Part shown: piece after piece, positions 17,548 to 27,742 of the stretch
How positions within the stretch are numbered: position 1 is the stretch's first letter
Layout: each line of letters starts with the position of its first letter
Assembly: GCA_016933575.1 (NCBI GenBank)
Contig: JAFGAR010000028.1
Location: 32,001-96,000 of the forward strand
Source of the DNA: Candidatus Thorarchaeota archaeon
Lineage (GTDB): Archaea > Asgardarchaeota > Thorarchaeia > Thorarchaeales > Thorarchaeaceae
Length of the DNA: 64,000 bases
Direction of reading: 5' to 3'
The notes under the pieces: model-generated
The model's database searches: none
Seen by the model: only the letters and a program-made list of their open reading frames with translations
What the model was told of the DNA's origin: nothing
Position numbers and translations under genes: made by a program

Positions 17548-20297
17548 TCCTCCTCCCTATCGACCTTGGATAGAATGATGGTCGCTCGCATAGCTGCTGC
17601 ACTTCCAGCTGAAACCGAGTCAGGGATATCTTTTGGTCCATCCGCACATCCTGCAACAAAGACACCTGGCACATCCGTATCAACAGGTGTTAGGACAGCA
17701 TCATGAATTGATACGTATCCTTCATCGCTAAGATCCATATTCAGCTCTACTGCAAGATCTTCGAGACCCTCTGGTGGTTGTACTCCTGGACTGATAATCA
17801 CAAGGTCATGAACGACATCACGTAACTCTCCAGATTCTGTATCCTCGAATCGGACAATGCATTTGTCATTCTCCCTATCATGCATGACCTCTGCCACACG
17901 ACCTCTCACAAAGTTCACCTTGAACCGTGTTCGAGCCATTTCAAAGAACTCTTCGAACCCTTTACCGAAGGCTCGTATGTCAGCATAGTAAACTGTGACT
18001 TCAGAATCGGGATGATGTTCTTTAGACATCACAGACAACTTCACGCCATACATGCAACAGACACGGCTGCAGAATGGTACGCCCTTCTGAACATCACGAG
18101 CGCCAACGCATTGAATGAATCCAATACTGTGGGGAATCTTACCGTCACTGAGCCGGACAAGATGTCCATGTGTAGGACCAGCAGCGTTCATGAGCCGCTC
18201 ATATTCCATTGCTGTGATGACATTGGGTATCTTACCATAACCATACTGAGGATATTGTGTAACATCAAAGAGTCTGTACCCAGTGGCTAGAATTATTGCA
18301 CCTACATGAAGGTCGACAATCTCATCATGCATCGAATGGTCAATAGCCTCTCGTGTGCATGCTTCGACACAACGTTCGCATTCACAGCACACCGCACATC
18401 CTAAACATCGTTCTGCCTCGGTTATGGCAGTGGGCTCATTGAAACCAAGTTCAACCTCAGAGAACGCACGCTTTCGACTTGCAAGAGATTGCTTTGGCAT
18501 GGCACTCCGACCCTCTACAGGGATCAGGGACTTATCGACCTCGTACGATTGAACTCTATGGCGCTCCTTAGCACGACCTTCCATCAAGTCAATGCCTTGG
18601 ATATATCTATCAATTGACTCAGCTGCATGCTTACCATGACCAACTGCTTTTACAACAGTCGAGGGCCCGATGAATACATCTCCACCTGCAAATACACCAG
18701 GTACATTTGTGGCAAGAGTCACTGGATCAGCTTTTACAGTAGCCCACTCTGTGCAATCAAGTTCGTTTTGTACACCTCTGGGATCAGCAGACTGACCGAC
18801 TGCTACAATGAGCTCATCAACAGCCATTGTAAACTCGGAGTTCATGATTGGGACTGGTCGGCGTCGTCCTGAGTGATCTGGTTCTCCGAGCCGCATCTTA
18901 ACACAGCGAATGCCAGTGATATGACCCTTGGATGTGAGTATCTCTACTGGATTCGTCAGTAGCATGAATTTAATGCCTTCTTCTTGAGCATCATCAACTT
19001 CACTTGGGATAGCAGGAATTTCTACATGAGAGCGTCTATAGACGACTGTAACCTCTTTTGCACCAAGTCGCATAGCTACACGAGCTGAGTCGATAGCGGC
19101 ATCACCACCACCTACAACTACTACACGCTCGCCTACTGAGACTTTCTGGCTATTATTTACTTCCTCAAGGAATCTAATCGCGTGAACAACACCTTCAGAG
19201 TCTTCGCCATTGATACCGAGTTTATTGCTCTCCCAGGCTCCTGTCGCTACAAATACTGCTTTGAAACCTTTCTCTAGCAGTTCGTGAATCGATTTTACAG
19301 TAGTGCCAGTCTTAATTTTAACACCCATATCAATAACTCGTTGAATTTCTTCATCAAGGATTTCACGAGGAAGTCGATATTCTGGAATTGAATATCTTAG
19401 CATGCCGCCGGCTTTCTCTTGCTTCTCGAAGATTGTGACGGGATATCCCCTTCGAGCAAGATGATACGCACAACTTATTCCACCGGGGCCAGCACCAATA
19501 ACAGCGACTCGCTCCTTCTTATCGATCTTAGCCTCAACAGGTGGCGCACCATGGCTTCTTTCATAATCAGCTAGAAATCTATGGAGATTCCTGATACTGA
19601 TACTCTCATCAAGCATGCCTCGTTCGCACTCTGCCTCACAGAAGCTGATACATACCCGGCCTAAGACTCCAGGGAAGGGAATGGACCTCCGGACAATCTC
19701 TAAGGCTTCATCGAATTTACCATGACGCATCATAGTCACGAAACCTTGAGCATTGACCTCAGCAGGACAGGTTGCTCGACACGCTGGTTCACCCTTCTTG
19801 TCTACAGTCACCACGTTAGGAGTGGCTTGTGGGAAAGGTGTGTAGATAGCTTTTCTAAATCCAATATTGCTATCGAACATATTTGGAACTTCAACAGGGC
19901 ACACAGAGATACAATCTCCACAGCCGCTACACTTGCTCTCGTCCACATAGCGTGCATGTCTGTGCACACGAACTCTGAAGTCACCAGTCTCACCTGATAC
20001 TGACTTTATCTCGGAATATGTGAGTAAATCGATATTCGGGTGACGAGCTACTTCACTCAGTTTTGGAGTTAGAATACAAGCACTACAGTCAAGTGTAGGG
20101 AAGGTCTTGTCAATCTGTGCCATTACACCGCCTATTGAGGGGGATTTCTCGAGAAGGGTTACTTTATAGCCCTGGTTCGCGATGTCAATTGCAGCAGTCA
20201 TTCCTGCTACGCCGCCACCGACAACGAGCGCTTCGTTTGACCTAATCTCGGTACCGCCTCCACTAGGGTTGGATTTGGGATGTCTCTCAGTAGTCAT
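17544..20297 (-). CDS. hdrA: HdrA with an inserted GltD/NfnB-type NAD(P)H oxidoreductase module (HdrL-like)
   Basis: HdrA motifs flank CRATCPA..GRVC..CE..C, GAGPGG, GGGDAAIDSAR, VFAGGD; probable start 20297 after GGAGGT. Confidence 0.88.
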   Translation of the reverse strand: MTTERHPKSNPSGGGTEIRSNEALVVGGGVAGMTAAIDIANQGYKVTLLEKSPSIGGVMAQIDKTFPTLDCSACILTPKLSEVARHPNIDLLTYSEIKSVSGETGDFRVRVHRHARYVDESKCSGCGDCISVCPVEVPNMFDSNIGFRKAIYTPFPQATPNVVTVDKKGEPACRATCPAEVNAQGFVTMMRHGKFDEALEIVRRSIPFPGVLGRVCISFCEAECERGMLDESISIRNLHRFLADYERSHGAPPVEAKIDKKERVAVIGAGPGGISCAYHLARRGYPVTIFEKQEKAGGMLRYSIPEYRLPREILDEEIQRVIDMGVKIKTGTTVKSIHELLEKGFKAVFVATGAWESNKLGINGEDSEGVVHAIRFLEEVNNSQKVSVGERVVVVGGGDAAIDSARVAMRLGAKEVTVVYRRSHVEIPAIPSEVDDAQEEGIKFMLLTNPVEILTSKGHITGIRCVKMRLGEPDHSGRRRPVPIMNSEFTMAVDELIVAVGQSADPRGVQNELDCTEWATVKADPVTLATNVPGVFAGGDVFIGPSTVVKAVGHGKHAAESIDRYIQGIDLMEGRAKERHRVQSYEVDKSLIPVEGRSAMPKQSLASRKRAFSEVELGFNEPTAITEAERCLGCAVCCECERCVEACTREAIDHSMHDEIVDLHVGAIILATGYRLFDVTQYPQYGYGKIPNVITAMEYERLMNAAGPTHGHLVRLSDGKIPHSIGFIQCVGARDVQKGVPFCSRVCCMYGVKLSVMSKEHHPDSEVTVYYADIRAFGKGFEEFFEMARTRFKVNFVRGRVAEVMHDRENDKCIVRFEDTESGELRDVVHDLVIISPGVQPPEGLEDLAVELNMDLSDEGYVSIHDAVLTPVDTDVPGVFVAGCADGPKDIPDSVSAGSAAAMRATIILSKVDREEE

Positions 20298-20652
20298 AAA
20301 GCCGACCTCCATATACTCTTATCATATTGTGATAATAATATGTGATGAGGAAAAAACCGGTCCATATGCCTCTGAATAGACATGATTTGGATTCCCATCA
20401 GTAGGGAGAATTCAAATGTTTGGTTAGTTTTGGCTTCGTTCAAAGGCATCAAATCTGGACCTAAGTTCTGTTTTCGTACAAGAAAAATGATAATATTCTT
20501 GTCGAGTCTGAGAACGTCTAGCTCCGCAATATTCACCTATTTATCTCTTACACATTTGTATTCAGAATGCTCGAAACCATACATTTTGTAACAGAACTGT
20601 GATTAAGTGTATTTGGAGCATAATTAACGACGTTAATTTGAGTTCATCTGCT

Positions 20653-22533
20653 TCAGGTACTAGTGAATTTGTTAGGTGCAATACATTCGCCATGAATTTT
20701 TTCAACTTCAATCAGACGAACCCTCTGTTCAGAGAGAGCATCAGATAATTCCAAAGGAGCATCAGGAACTGTCTCATGGTATATCTTCTCAATGCGATCT
20801 ATTTTCTCTAGAAGTTCAGGAACACGAATTGAGAACTGCTCGATATAGTCACTCTCAGCGTATGTCTTATTGAGAATCTCTCTGAAGAGCATTTTAAGAT
20901 CCTCATATCTTGGAATGTAACCAATGGGAGTCTTGATTGCCTCAACCTCGCCATGGATTCTCCGGTCCATCCAATTTAGCCAGACTCGTTTTGCGTCCTT
21001 GCCGGTGATGTACTGACCTTCAGCATTCTGTTGGAAGTAATTGACTGCAAAGATGCGTGGAGGATTCTGTGCACTTTTTCCAAATTTTAGATGGTTTTTG
21101 ATATACTGGCCTAACGGAATTGATATGAAATCGAGGTTTGAGAAGGGTTGAAACATACGCACTCCGCTAGGACCAAGTGTGGCTGCGGTTGTCTTACTCT
21201 CAAGACAAGCACCCATAGTAAGGACGCCATGGTCCCAATTAAAGGACTCCTGAACTGGAACCCATGTATCTGAATCCCTACCACCGTAGATGATTCCACC
21301 GATCTTTACTCCTTGCGGATCCTCAAGAGCAGAGTCAAGATTAGGAAGTCCTTTCAGGCTTATTGTATACCGAGCATTCTTATGTGCCATTGGTATCTCT
21401 TCGCCTTTTTCATCTACTTTGCCAATCCACCATGGGCCTGAATGATTTACGCCACGGGGCGGAATAGGGCGCCCATCATCAAGCCAATGAGGGTATCCCT
21501 CTTCAGTGATCAGTACATTGGAATATATTGCAGGTTGGCAGGAATTTAGGACTTCCCAAATGACAGGATCATCTTCCTGACTTACGGAGCGTATAATACC
21601 AAAGATGCCTTGCTCAACATTGACTCCGCGAACATGACCATTTATGATTCTAAGGTAAGTTAAATCATCACCAACGATTGTTGCACCTTTCACCATTGAC
21701 GTACTAGTCTTACCACAGGCAGAAGGATACGCTCCAGTGAGGTATGTCTTCCTCCCTTCGGGTCCATGAATTGCCATGAGAAACATATGCTCTGCAAGCC
21801 AATCTTCTCTGTTTGCCTTTCGAATAGCAAGCCGGAGAGCTAGCTTCTTGAGACCTATGGTATTTCCAGCATACTGGGTATTGTAGCTGTAGACCGTATT
21901 CTCGAGATAGTCTATGGCTACGCCTCTTTGTTGCCAACCAATGCTAACAGATTGCACAAGTTTTCCGGATGAGTGCAGCATCCAAAATATCTCCTTATTG
22001 TCCGGAAGCCTCTTGAAATACTCATAACCAGTACGGTAGAGAAGATCTTCACTATGTGCTACATAAAATGAATCAGTAATTTGAACACACGGAATTGAGA
22101 AATCTGAATCAAGGGGGCCTAGACAGAAAAAGCGAATCACCATTTTCTTGTTGTGCATACAGCCTTTCATGCGTTCTTCGACTTCTTTGAGACCAATATC
22201 CCTGTCAATTTGCTCCACTTGCTCTCCGAGAGATTCACCCTTCGGTACCAGGTATTGCGTATGACCTTTGTCACGAGCTTGGTCAAAGAAACCATCAAAA
22301 TGAACGGTCTGGGTGTTTATAGCGAGTTCAGTTTCTTCGCCTCGAGCAATTGCTGTTCGGCGAATATAGTCAATATCCTCTTGTGCATCAGTACATACAA
22401 AGACCTTCATTGGTTCACAGAGATCTACTGCTTTCGCTACAAACCGATGTACATCTCTATTTGGGATTGCTAGTAATTTTGCCAGACCTACAGGAGTCAG
22501 GTAATGCTCAAGTGTTGAGATAACGTCTTTCAT
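20653..22533 (-). CDS. pckG: Phosphoenolpyruvate carboxykinase (GTP)
   Basis: YAGNTIGLKKLALR, WLAEHM, PSACGKT, VGDD, HKNARY. Confidence 0.95.
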   Translation of the reverse strand: MKDVISTLEHYLTPVGLAKLLAIPNRDVHRFVAKAVDLCEPMKVFVCTDAQEDIDYIRRTAIARGEETELAINTQTVHFDGFFDQARDKGHTQYLVPKGESLGEQVEQIDRDIGLKEVEERMKGCMHNKKMVIRFFCLGPLDSDFSIPCVQITDSFYVAHSEDLLYRTGYEYFKRLPDNKEIFWMLHSSGKLVQSVSIGWQQRGVAIDYLENTVYSYNTQYAGNTIGLKKLALRLAIRKANREDWLAEHMFLMAIHGPEGRKTYLTGAYPSACGKTSTSMVKGATIVGDDLTYLRIINGHVRGVNVEQGIFGIIRSVSQEDDPVIWEVLNSCQPAIYSNVLITEEGYPHWLDDGRPIPPRGVNHSGPWWIGKVDEKGEEIPMAHKNARYTISLKGLPNLDSALEDPQGVKIGGIIYGGRDSDTWVPVQESFNWDHGVLTMGACLESKTTAATLGPSGVRMFQPFSNLDFISIPLGQYIKNHLKFGKSAQNPPRIFAVNYFQQNAEGQYITGKDAKRVWLNWMDRRIHGEVEAIKTPIGYIPRYEDLKMLFREILNKTYAESDYIEQFSIRVPELLEKIDRIEKIYHETVPDAPLELSDALSEQRVRLIEVEKIHGECIAPNKFTST

Positions 22534-22725
22534 TCATTAGCCTCAGAGACCACGGGGATGGTTTTGCAGCGTACAGTTTCTTAATATAATTTCGTCGCCA
22601 GAGGCAAAGATTGAGGGCTCAAATGCACGATTGTGCATGTCGGCTAAGGCAAGACTCAAATGTAAGACCAGTCCGGATGCAATACCAGTTCAGTTGCTTT
22701 GTAGCATGATGGAAGGTGAACATTC

Positions 22726-24912
22726 TTGGTGCTTAAGGAATTCACATACACAGTTCCTAAGATTGACAAGGGATATGCAAATCAGACCCTCTATATCAAT
22801 CTCTCAGATAATATAATTAAGATAAAACCAGTAGACCAGAAGATGAAGGAGACCTTTACCGGTGGAAAAGGATTCGACCTCTGGCTCATGTGGAATGGGC
22901 TTCCCAAAGATAGGATTGTAAAATGGGATGATCCCGAGAATGAGATCTGTATTGCCACAGGACCTCTAGGAGGCGTGACACAATATCCTGGTGCAGGAAA
23001 GAGTATTGTCACTTCCATATCTCCAATGACAGGAATCCCAATTGATTCCAATGTTGGGGGCTATGCAGGACCAAACCTGAAGTTCTCCGGATTTGATGCC
23101 ATGGAGATTCAAGGCAAGGCGAAGAAAGACGTTTACATTTTCATCGATGGTGATAATGGACTTATTGAGATTCATGATGCTAGTGACCTCCCAGATACAG
23201 CATACGAGATAACACGCGTTTTAACAGACCGTCACACTCAAACTGAAGGCAAGGACATGGCTGTAGTGACTTCTGGTCCAGCTGCTGAGCATGCATGGAT
23301 GGGATGTCTCAATTTCTCTTGGTGGGACATGCGACGAAATGTTCCTCGATACAAGCAGGCAGGACGCGGGGGCATAGGTACTGTCTTCAGAAATAAGAGG
23401 ATCAAAGCTATTGCTATCAAATTCGAGAAAATAACTCTAGAACTGAACAATCCAGCTGACCCAGATGAGGTCAAGAAAGTCGGTCGCGACCACTCGGGTG
23501 AGATTCTCCAACTTGATCCTAAACAGAACAGAATGCGGGTTATTGGAACTGGTCACCTTCCCTCAATCATGGATGAGTTTGACCTTCTACCAACTCGTAA
23601 CTTTCGAGCTGGTAGCGACCCAGAGGCAGTCAATTTGTTTGGAAATGTCTGGGAGACCATCTACACGGATGCAGGAAAAGGATGGGATGGATGCTGGCGT
23701 CCATGTGCTATCAACTGCTCTCACTGTATTGAAGGATTCGTACCCAAGACGGGTCCTTTCAAAGGGAAGAATGTTGTCGTTGATGGTCCAGAATATGAGA
23801 CCATTGCAGGTTGCGGTTCAAACATAGGCATCTTCAATCCGCATTATGTTGCTGAATTGAATTTCTACTGCGATGCCTATGGTATCGATACTATCTCTTT
23901 TGGAACTACCATGGGATTTGTCATGGAACTCTTTGAAGGTGGCTATATCGACGAGAAGGCTACTGGAGGTCATAAACTCAATTGGGGTGCTGCTGAGGAA
24001 GCACTTGCAGTTCTTCACGAAATGGCAGAAGGTAAAGGATTTGGTGGACAGCACTTTGGTAAAGGTGTCCACTACCTCAAGGGGTACTTCGGTGACAAGT
24101 TCAACGTTGATTGTGACTTGATGCATGATATTGGAATGGAACATAAGGGTCTCGAGTACTCCGAGTATGTTACCAAGGAGAGCCTTGCTCAGCAAGGTGG
24201 TTACGGTCTCACACTTAAGGGACCACAGCACGATGAGGCGTGGCTTATCTTCCTCGACCAGGTTCATAACTACATGCCCAGCTTCGAGCAGAAAGCAGAA
24301 GCGCTTCATTACTTTCCGAACTGGCGAACTTGGTTTGGATTGAATGGATTATGTAAATTGCCTTGGAATGACGTCGTTCCTGCGGATAACGCTCAGACCA
24401 AAGAACCAGCAAAGGTGCCAGGTCATGTTGCCTTCTACGCGAGATTCTTCGAGGCAATGACAGGGAAACCCACAAAGGGCGATGACTTAGTCAAGATGTC
24501 AGAGAAGGTCTACAACTTCCAGCGTTTATTCAACATCAGACAGGGCAAGGGTCTCAGACTCCATGACTCCTTCATCCCATACAGAAGCGCAGGTCCAGTG
24601 ACTGATTGGGAGTACGAGTCCCGTCAGGAACGATATGATGAGCAGTTGAAGGAATCTGGCATTAATATCGATGGTATGTCAACGACTGAGAAGAACAAGA
24701 AACTCCGTGAGATTAGGGAAGAACGGTACAGGTTATTGACCGATGCAGCCTATAAACGCCGTGGCTGGACTCGAAACGGAGTGCCGACCATGGAGAAGGT
24801 CAAGAAGCTTGGTCTAGATTGGATCTCAGAGGTCGTCGATATCGTGAATAAGTACGAAGGAGCACAACCTCCCAAGGACACACTCCCATCTTCAGAAGAT
24901 GCGTGGAGATAG
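22726..24912 (+). CDS. aor: Aldehyde:ferredoxin oxidoreductase family (tungstopterin)
   Basis: DSNVGG, AGRGGIG, CWRPCAINC, GPEYET, GIDTIS. Confidence 0.9.
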   Translation: MVLKEFTYTVPKIDKGYANQTLYINLSDNIIKIKPVDQKMKETFTGGKGFDLWLMWNGLPKDRIVKWDDPENEICIATGPLGGVTQYPGAGKSIVTSISPMTGIPIDSNVGGYAGPNLKFSGFDAMEIQGKAKKDVYIFIDGDNGLIEIHDASDLPDTAYEITRVLTDRHTQTEGKDMAVVTSGPAAEHAWMGCLNFSWWDMRRNVPRYKQAGRGGIGTVFRNKRIKAIAIKFEKITLELNNPADPDEVKKVGRDHSGEILQLDPKQNRMRVIGTGHLPSIMDEFDLLPTRNFRAGSDPEAVNLFGNVWETIYTDAGKGWDGCWRPCAINCSHCIEGFVPKTGPFKGKNVVVDGPEYETIAGCGSNIGIFNPHYVAELNFYCDAYGIDTISFGTTMGFVMELFEGGYIDEKATGGHKLNWGAAEEALAVLHEMAEGKGFGGQHFGKGVHYLKGYFGDKFNVDCDLMHDIGMEHKGLEYSEYVTKESLAQQGGYGLTLKGPQHDEAWLIFLDQVHNYMPSFEQKAEALHYFPNWRTWFGLNGLCKLPWNDVVPADNAQTKEPAKVPGHVAFYARFFEAMTGKPTKGDDLVKMSEKVYNFQRLFNIRQGKGLRLHDSFIPYRSAGPVTDWEYESRQERYDEQLKESGINIDGMSTTEKNKKLREIREERYRLLTDAAYKRRGWTRNGVPTMEKVKKLGLDWISEVVDIVNKYEGAQPPKDTLPSSEDAWR

Positions 24913-24920
24913 AATGTGAA

Positions 24921-24962
24921 GGAGAGAAAACATTCTCTCCAGCTTCCCTTTTTCGTTTTTTC
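24921..24962 (+). terminator. Hairpin plus pyrimidine tract after aor
   Basis: GGAGAGAA-AACA-TTCTCTCC, then CTTCCCTTTTTCGTTTTTTC. Confidence 0.7.
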
Positions 24963-25030
24963 AAAGAAGTAAGGATATAGATATTAACCGCAACATTCTG
25001 GTTAATTGATACTTATGGAGACGAACAAGC

Positions 25031-26053
25031 ATGAATGACACGCTAACTCCTGAACGTAAGAAACGTCGAAAGTCGATCAAAGGTGCGTCACGAATTGAAT
25101 ATGCTGGACCCTTGACAAAAGAGATCATTGAAGATTTTGTGATTGCAGCTCCCAATGTTCAGATTCTCCATATTGAACTTTTGGATGATACGAGTTTCAA
25201 TCTTTCAGACCTACGAGAGTTGAAGGACTTACTTGTACTGAAGGTCAGCGAAGGATATGACCTAAAGCAGGTAAGTCTTGAAGGCATTCAAGAATTTAAT
25301 CTTCTGACTGGATTAGAGATCAATATCAATTCTGCAGATACTATTGAGGAGATTGATCTAGCACCGTTGAAAAATCACCCGGAACTTACTGTACTAACGA
25401 TTGCAGGTCAGGTAAGAACTCTAAAAGCAATCGATACACTAAATACAATTCCCAAATTGAACTCCATAGGTCTCTATTCTCTTGATATTTCTGAACTGGA
25501 CCTCTCCTCGCTCGGAGGATGCAGCAAACTAGAGAGTGTATATCTTGGAGACCTTGGTTCAGAGAAGCCAACGAAACCGTATAGAATAATACTCCCAAAG
25601 GAGGCTCCAATCAAGATTCTTGAAATATCAGAATGTTATAGTGATGACCTTGTTGTAGAGGTTGATTATTCATTTCTTAAAGGAAAGGTTGCTCTAGATA
25701 GTTTCAGTGTTGTCAACTGTAATCTCACATCATTTGATTTGGGCAATCTCGCATCCCTTAAGAGAATTGGCCATCTTGATTTGTCCCAGAATAAAATCAC
25801 GCATCTTGACATAACACCAATTTTGGATATACCGATGTTTACAGAGGAAGCATTGGGTGAATCACCATTTGCTACAGATCAAGATGTAATTATTCAAATC
25901 TCCAAGAACAAGGAGCAAGAGATAGATGAGATTCTAAAACGACCTGATAAAATCGTAGAAGATCATGATGGCTCATTTGCTATCAACTACGAGTTTGGTC
26001 ATCAGTGGTTGAGAAAACTCCTTGAATCATACACAATTGAATGGATTGAATAG
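25031..26053 (+). CDS. Leucine-rich repeat protein
   Basis: Repeated DL..L...L..L.L; LDLSQNKITHLDI. Confidence 0.8.
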   Translation: MNDTLTPERKKRRKSIKGASRIEYAGPLTKEIIEDFVIAAPNVQILHIELLDDTSFNLSDLRELKDLLVLKVSEGYDLKQVSLEGIQEFNLLTGLEININSADTIEEIDLAPLKNHPELTVLTIAGQVRTLKAIDTLNTIPKLNSIGLYSLDISELDLSSLGGCSKLESVYLGDLGSEKPTKPYRIILPKEAPIKILEISECYSDDLVVEVDYSFLKGKVALDSFSVVNCNLTSFDLGNLASLKRIGHLDLSQNKITHLDITPILDIPMFTEEALGESPFATDQDVIIQISKNKEQEIDEILKRPDKIVEDHDGSFAINYEFGHQWLRKLLESYTIEWIE

Positions 26054-26096
26054 AATTATTAGCCGCCTTTTATTTGGAATAGTACGAGGCTTCTCG

Positions 26097-26735
26097 ATGG
26101 TTAAATGCACTGATTGTGGACGTTTTGCATGTTACTCAGGTGATCTCGATAATCTTCCTATGAAGGAATATTGCCCAATGGAGGTTCAAAAAGAAACTCT
26201 CACAGAGGCAAAGGAATTGTACAATGACCAAGCGAATAGGAAGGTTTCTCAGGAGTCCGCACGAGTAGAAGCTACAGGGTATTGCGAATGGACACGCGTG
26301 CAAGAAACCATGGAATTTGCAGAACGAATGGGAATCACAAGACTTGGAATTGCATACTGCATAGGACTGCGACGAGAAGCTAAAACACTTGCTCAAATCT
26401 ACACAGAAAACGGATTTGATGTCGTATCAGTCTGCTGTAAAACTGGTAGTATCCCGAAAGAAGAGATAGGTCTTCGTGATGACGAGAAGATTCGTCCGGG
26501 CAATTTTGAGGCTGTATGCAATCCAATTGGACAAGCATTGGTTATGAATGCAGAAGGCACAGGTCTCAATGTCATCGTGGGTTTGTGTGTCGGTCACGAT
26601 TCCCTCTTCATCAAGCATTCAAAGGCACTAGTAACATGCCTTGTTGCAAAAGATAGAGTGCTTGCGCACAATCCAGCAGGAGCTCTCTACACATCCCAAT
26701 CATATTACAAAAAGAAACTATATGGAAGGGGATAA
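26097..26735 (+). CDS. DUF1847-family Cys-rich metal-binding protein
   Basis: TRVQE, GIAYCIGL, SVCCK, CNPIGQA, GLCVGHD, AKDRVLAHNP; start taken at MVKCTDC. Confidence 0.85.
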   Translation: MVKCTDCGRFACYSGDLDNLPMKEYCPMEVQKETLTEAKELYNDQANRKVSQESARVEATGYCEWTRVQETMEFAERMGITRLGIAYCIGLRREAKTLAQIYTENGFDVVSVCCKTGSIPKEEIGLRDDEKIRPGNFEAVCNPIGQALVMNAEGTGLNVIVGLCVGHDSLFIKHSKALVTCLVAKDRVLAHNPAGALYTSQSYYKKKLYGRG

Positions 26736-26822
26736 TGTTTTTCTTCAAATTCTCAGTTGAGAGATTTAATCTGGAAACTACTTTCTTTTTGGAAGTAGAA
26801 CCAAAGCAGGAGGAATCAGCTT

Positions 26823-27140
26823 GTGCAGAATATCGGAGAGATATATTTAGCATTGACATCTATCGGATTAACAAGTCTAGTAGTCTCATTGATTTGCACA
26901 GTCATTCTACTAAACAAGCTAGGTGTATCAAAAACTGCTTGGGTCTACACCGCTTTAGCAGCAGTTGCGTTCCTCTTTGCTGGTAATGTTGCAGTTGCAT
27001 ATGCCACAACAGTGACAATTGTTGTTATTAGTTGGGCAACTCCATTGGGAATAATCGGTGGATACCTACTCATAGCTCTTGGTATAAATCAATACTTGAA
27101 AGATAGGAAGATAGTGGTGAAGTTGGGAGAGAATTCATAA
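26823..27140 (+). CDS. Small membrane protein (about 3 TM)
   Basis: Hydrophobic ORF; GGAGG upstream. Confidence 0.65.
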   Translation: MQNIGEIYLALTSIGLTSLVVSLICTVILLNKLGVSKTAWVYTALAAVAFLFAGNVAVAYATTVTIVVISWATPLGIIGGYLLIALGINQYLKDRKIVVKLGENS

Positions 27141-27218
27141 TTTATGATAAAAGCTGGTTTTTTCGTGAAATTAACTATATCGAAGAATTCTTATTTGTCA
27201 ATGCGTTAAACCTTATGG

Positions 27219-27647
27219 ATGGTAATAATGACGACAGTAGGATATTTCGAGGGAACTGATCCATCCCTATTATCAAAAATAAGCGCAAATGGATTCTGCA
27301 CGGTTCCGCTAGCAAATGAATGGGATAGCCATGGAAAGATAGCTTCACACTTGGAACCAGGTGAGGTTCATCTAATAATTGGTTATCTACATAAGTTGAT
27401 GCCACCTAAGGGAACTCCTAAGACAACAATAGAGAAGACTATGCCAGTGTCAGCTGATGTCTATCGTGGACTAAGACCAATAGATCTCCTCTATCCCGCA
27501 AAAGTCTATGGTATACCTGTATTGGTAGTTATACCCAAAGAATTCCATAAGAAGGCTAAAGATGCTCTAGAAGAGGCAGCCGAGTTTGTTACAATCGTTG
27601 AACCTGAACATCTTGAGAAGAAAGTGAGAGAGATTCTAGGATTCTAA
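27219..27647 (+). CDS. Hypothetical alpha/beta protein
   Basis: Clean ORF with globular composition. Confidence 0.7.
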   Translation: MVIMTTVGYFEGTDPSLLSKISANGFCTVPLANEWDSHGKIASHLEPGEVHLIIGYLHKLMPPKGTPKTTIEKTMPVSADVYRGLRPIDLLYPAKVYGIPVLVVIPKEFHKKAKDALEEAAEFVTIVEPEHLEKKVREILGF

Positions 27648-27742
27648 TTACTTATGTAGATCTGGAAATATGTAAGCCAAAAGTCTTCAACCAAAAAATC
27701 CGATGTGCTTATAGGTTTCCAATTCCAGATTTACACAAGTGA

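Noticed and set aside
12632-20297. Selenocysteine in HdrA or MvhD
   Set aside because: The ORFs are uninterrupted and the relevant codons checked are Cys (DCSAC, CCNWC, GCHPGDC).
20294-20591. Short ORFs between hdrA and pckG
   Set aside because: No motifs; more likely the promoter region of the hdr operon.
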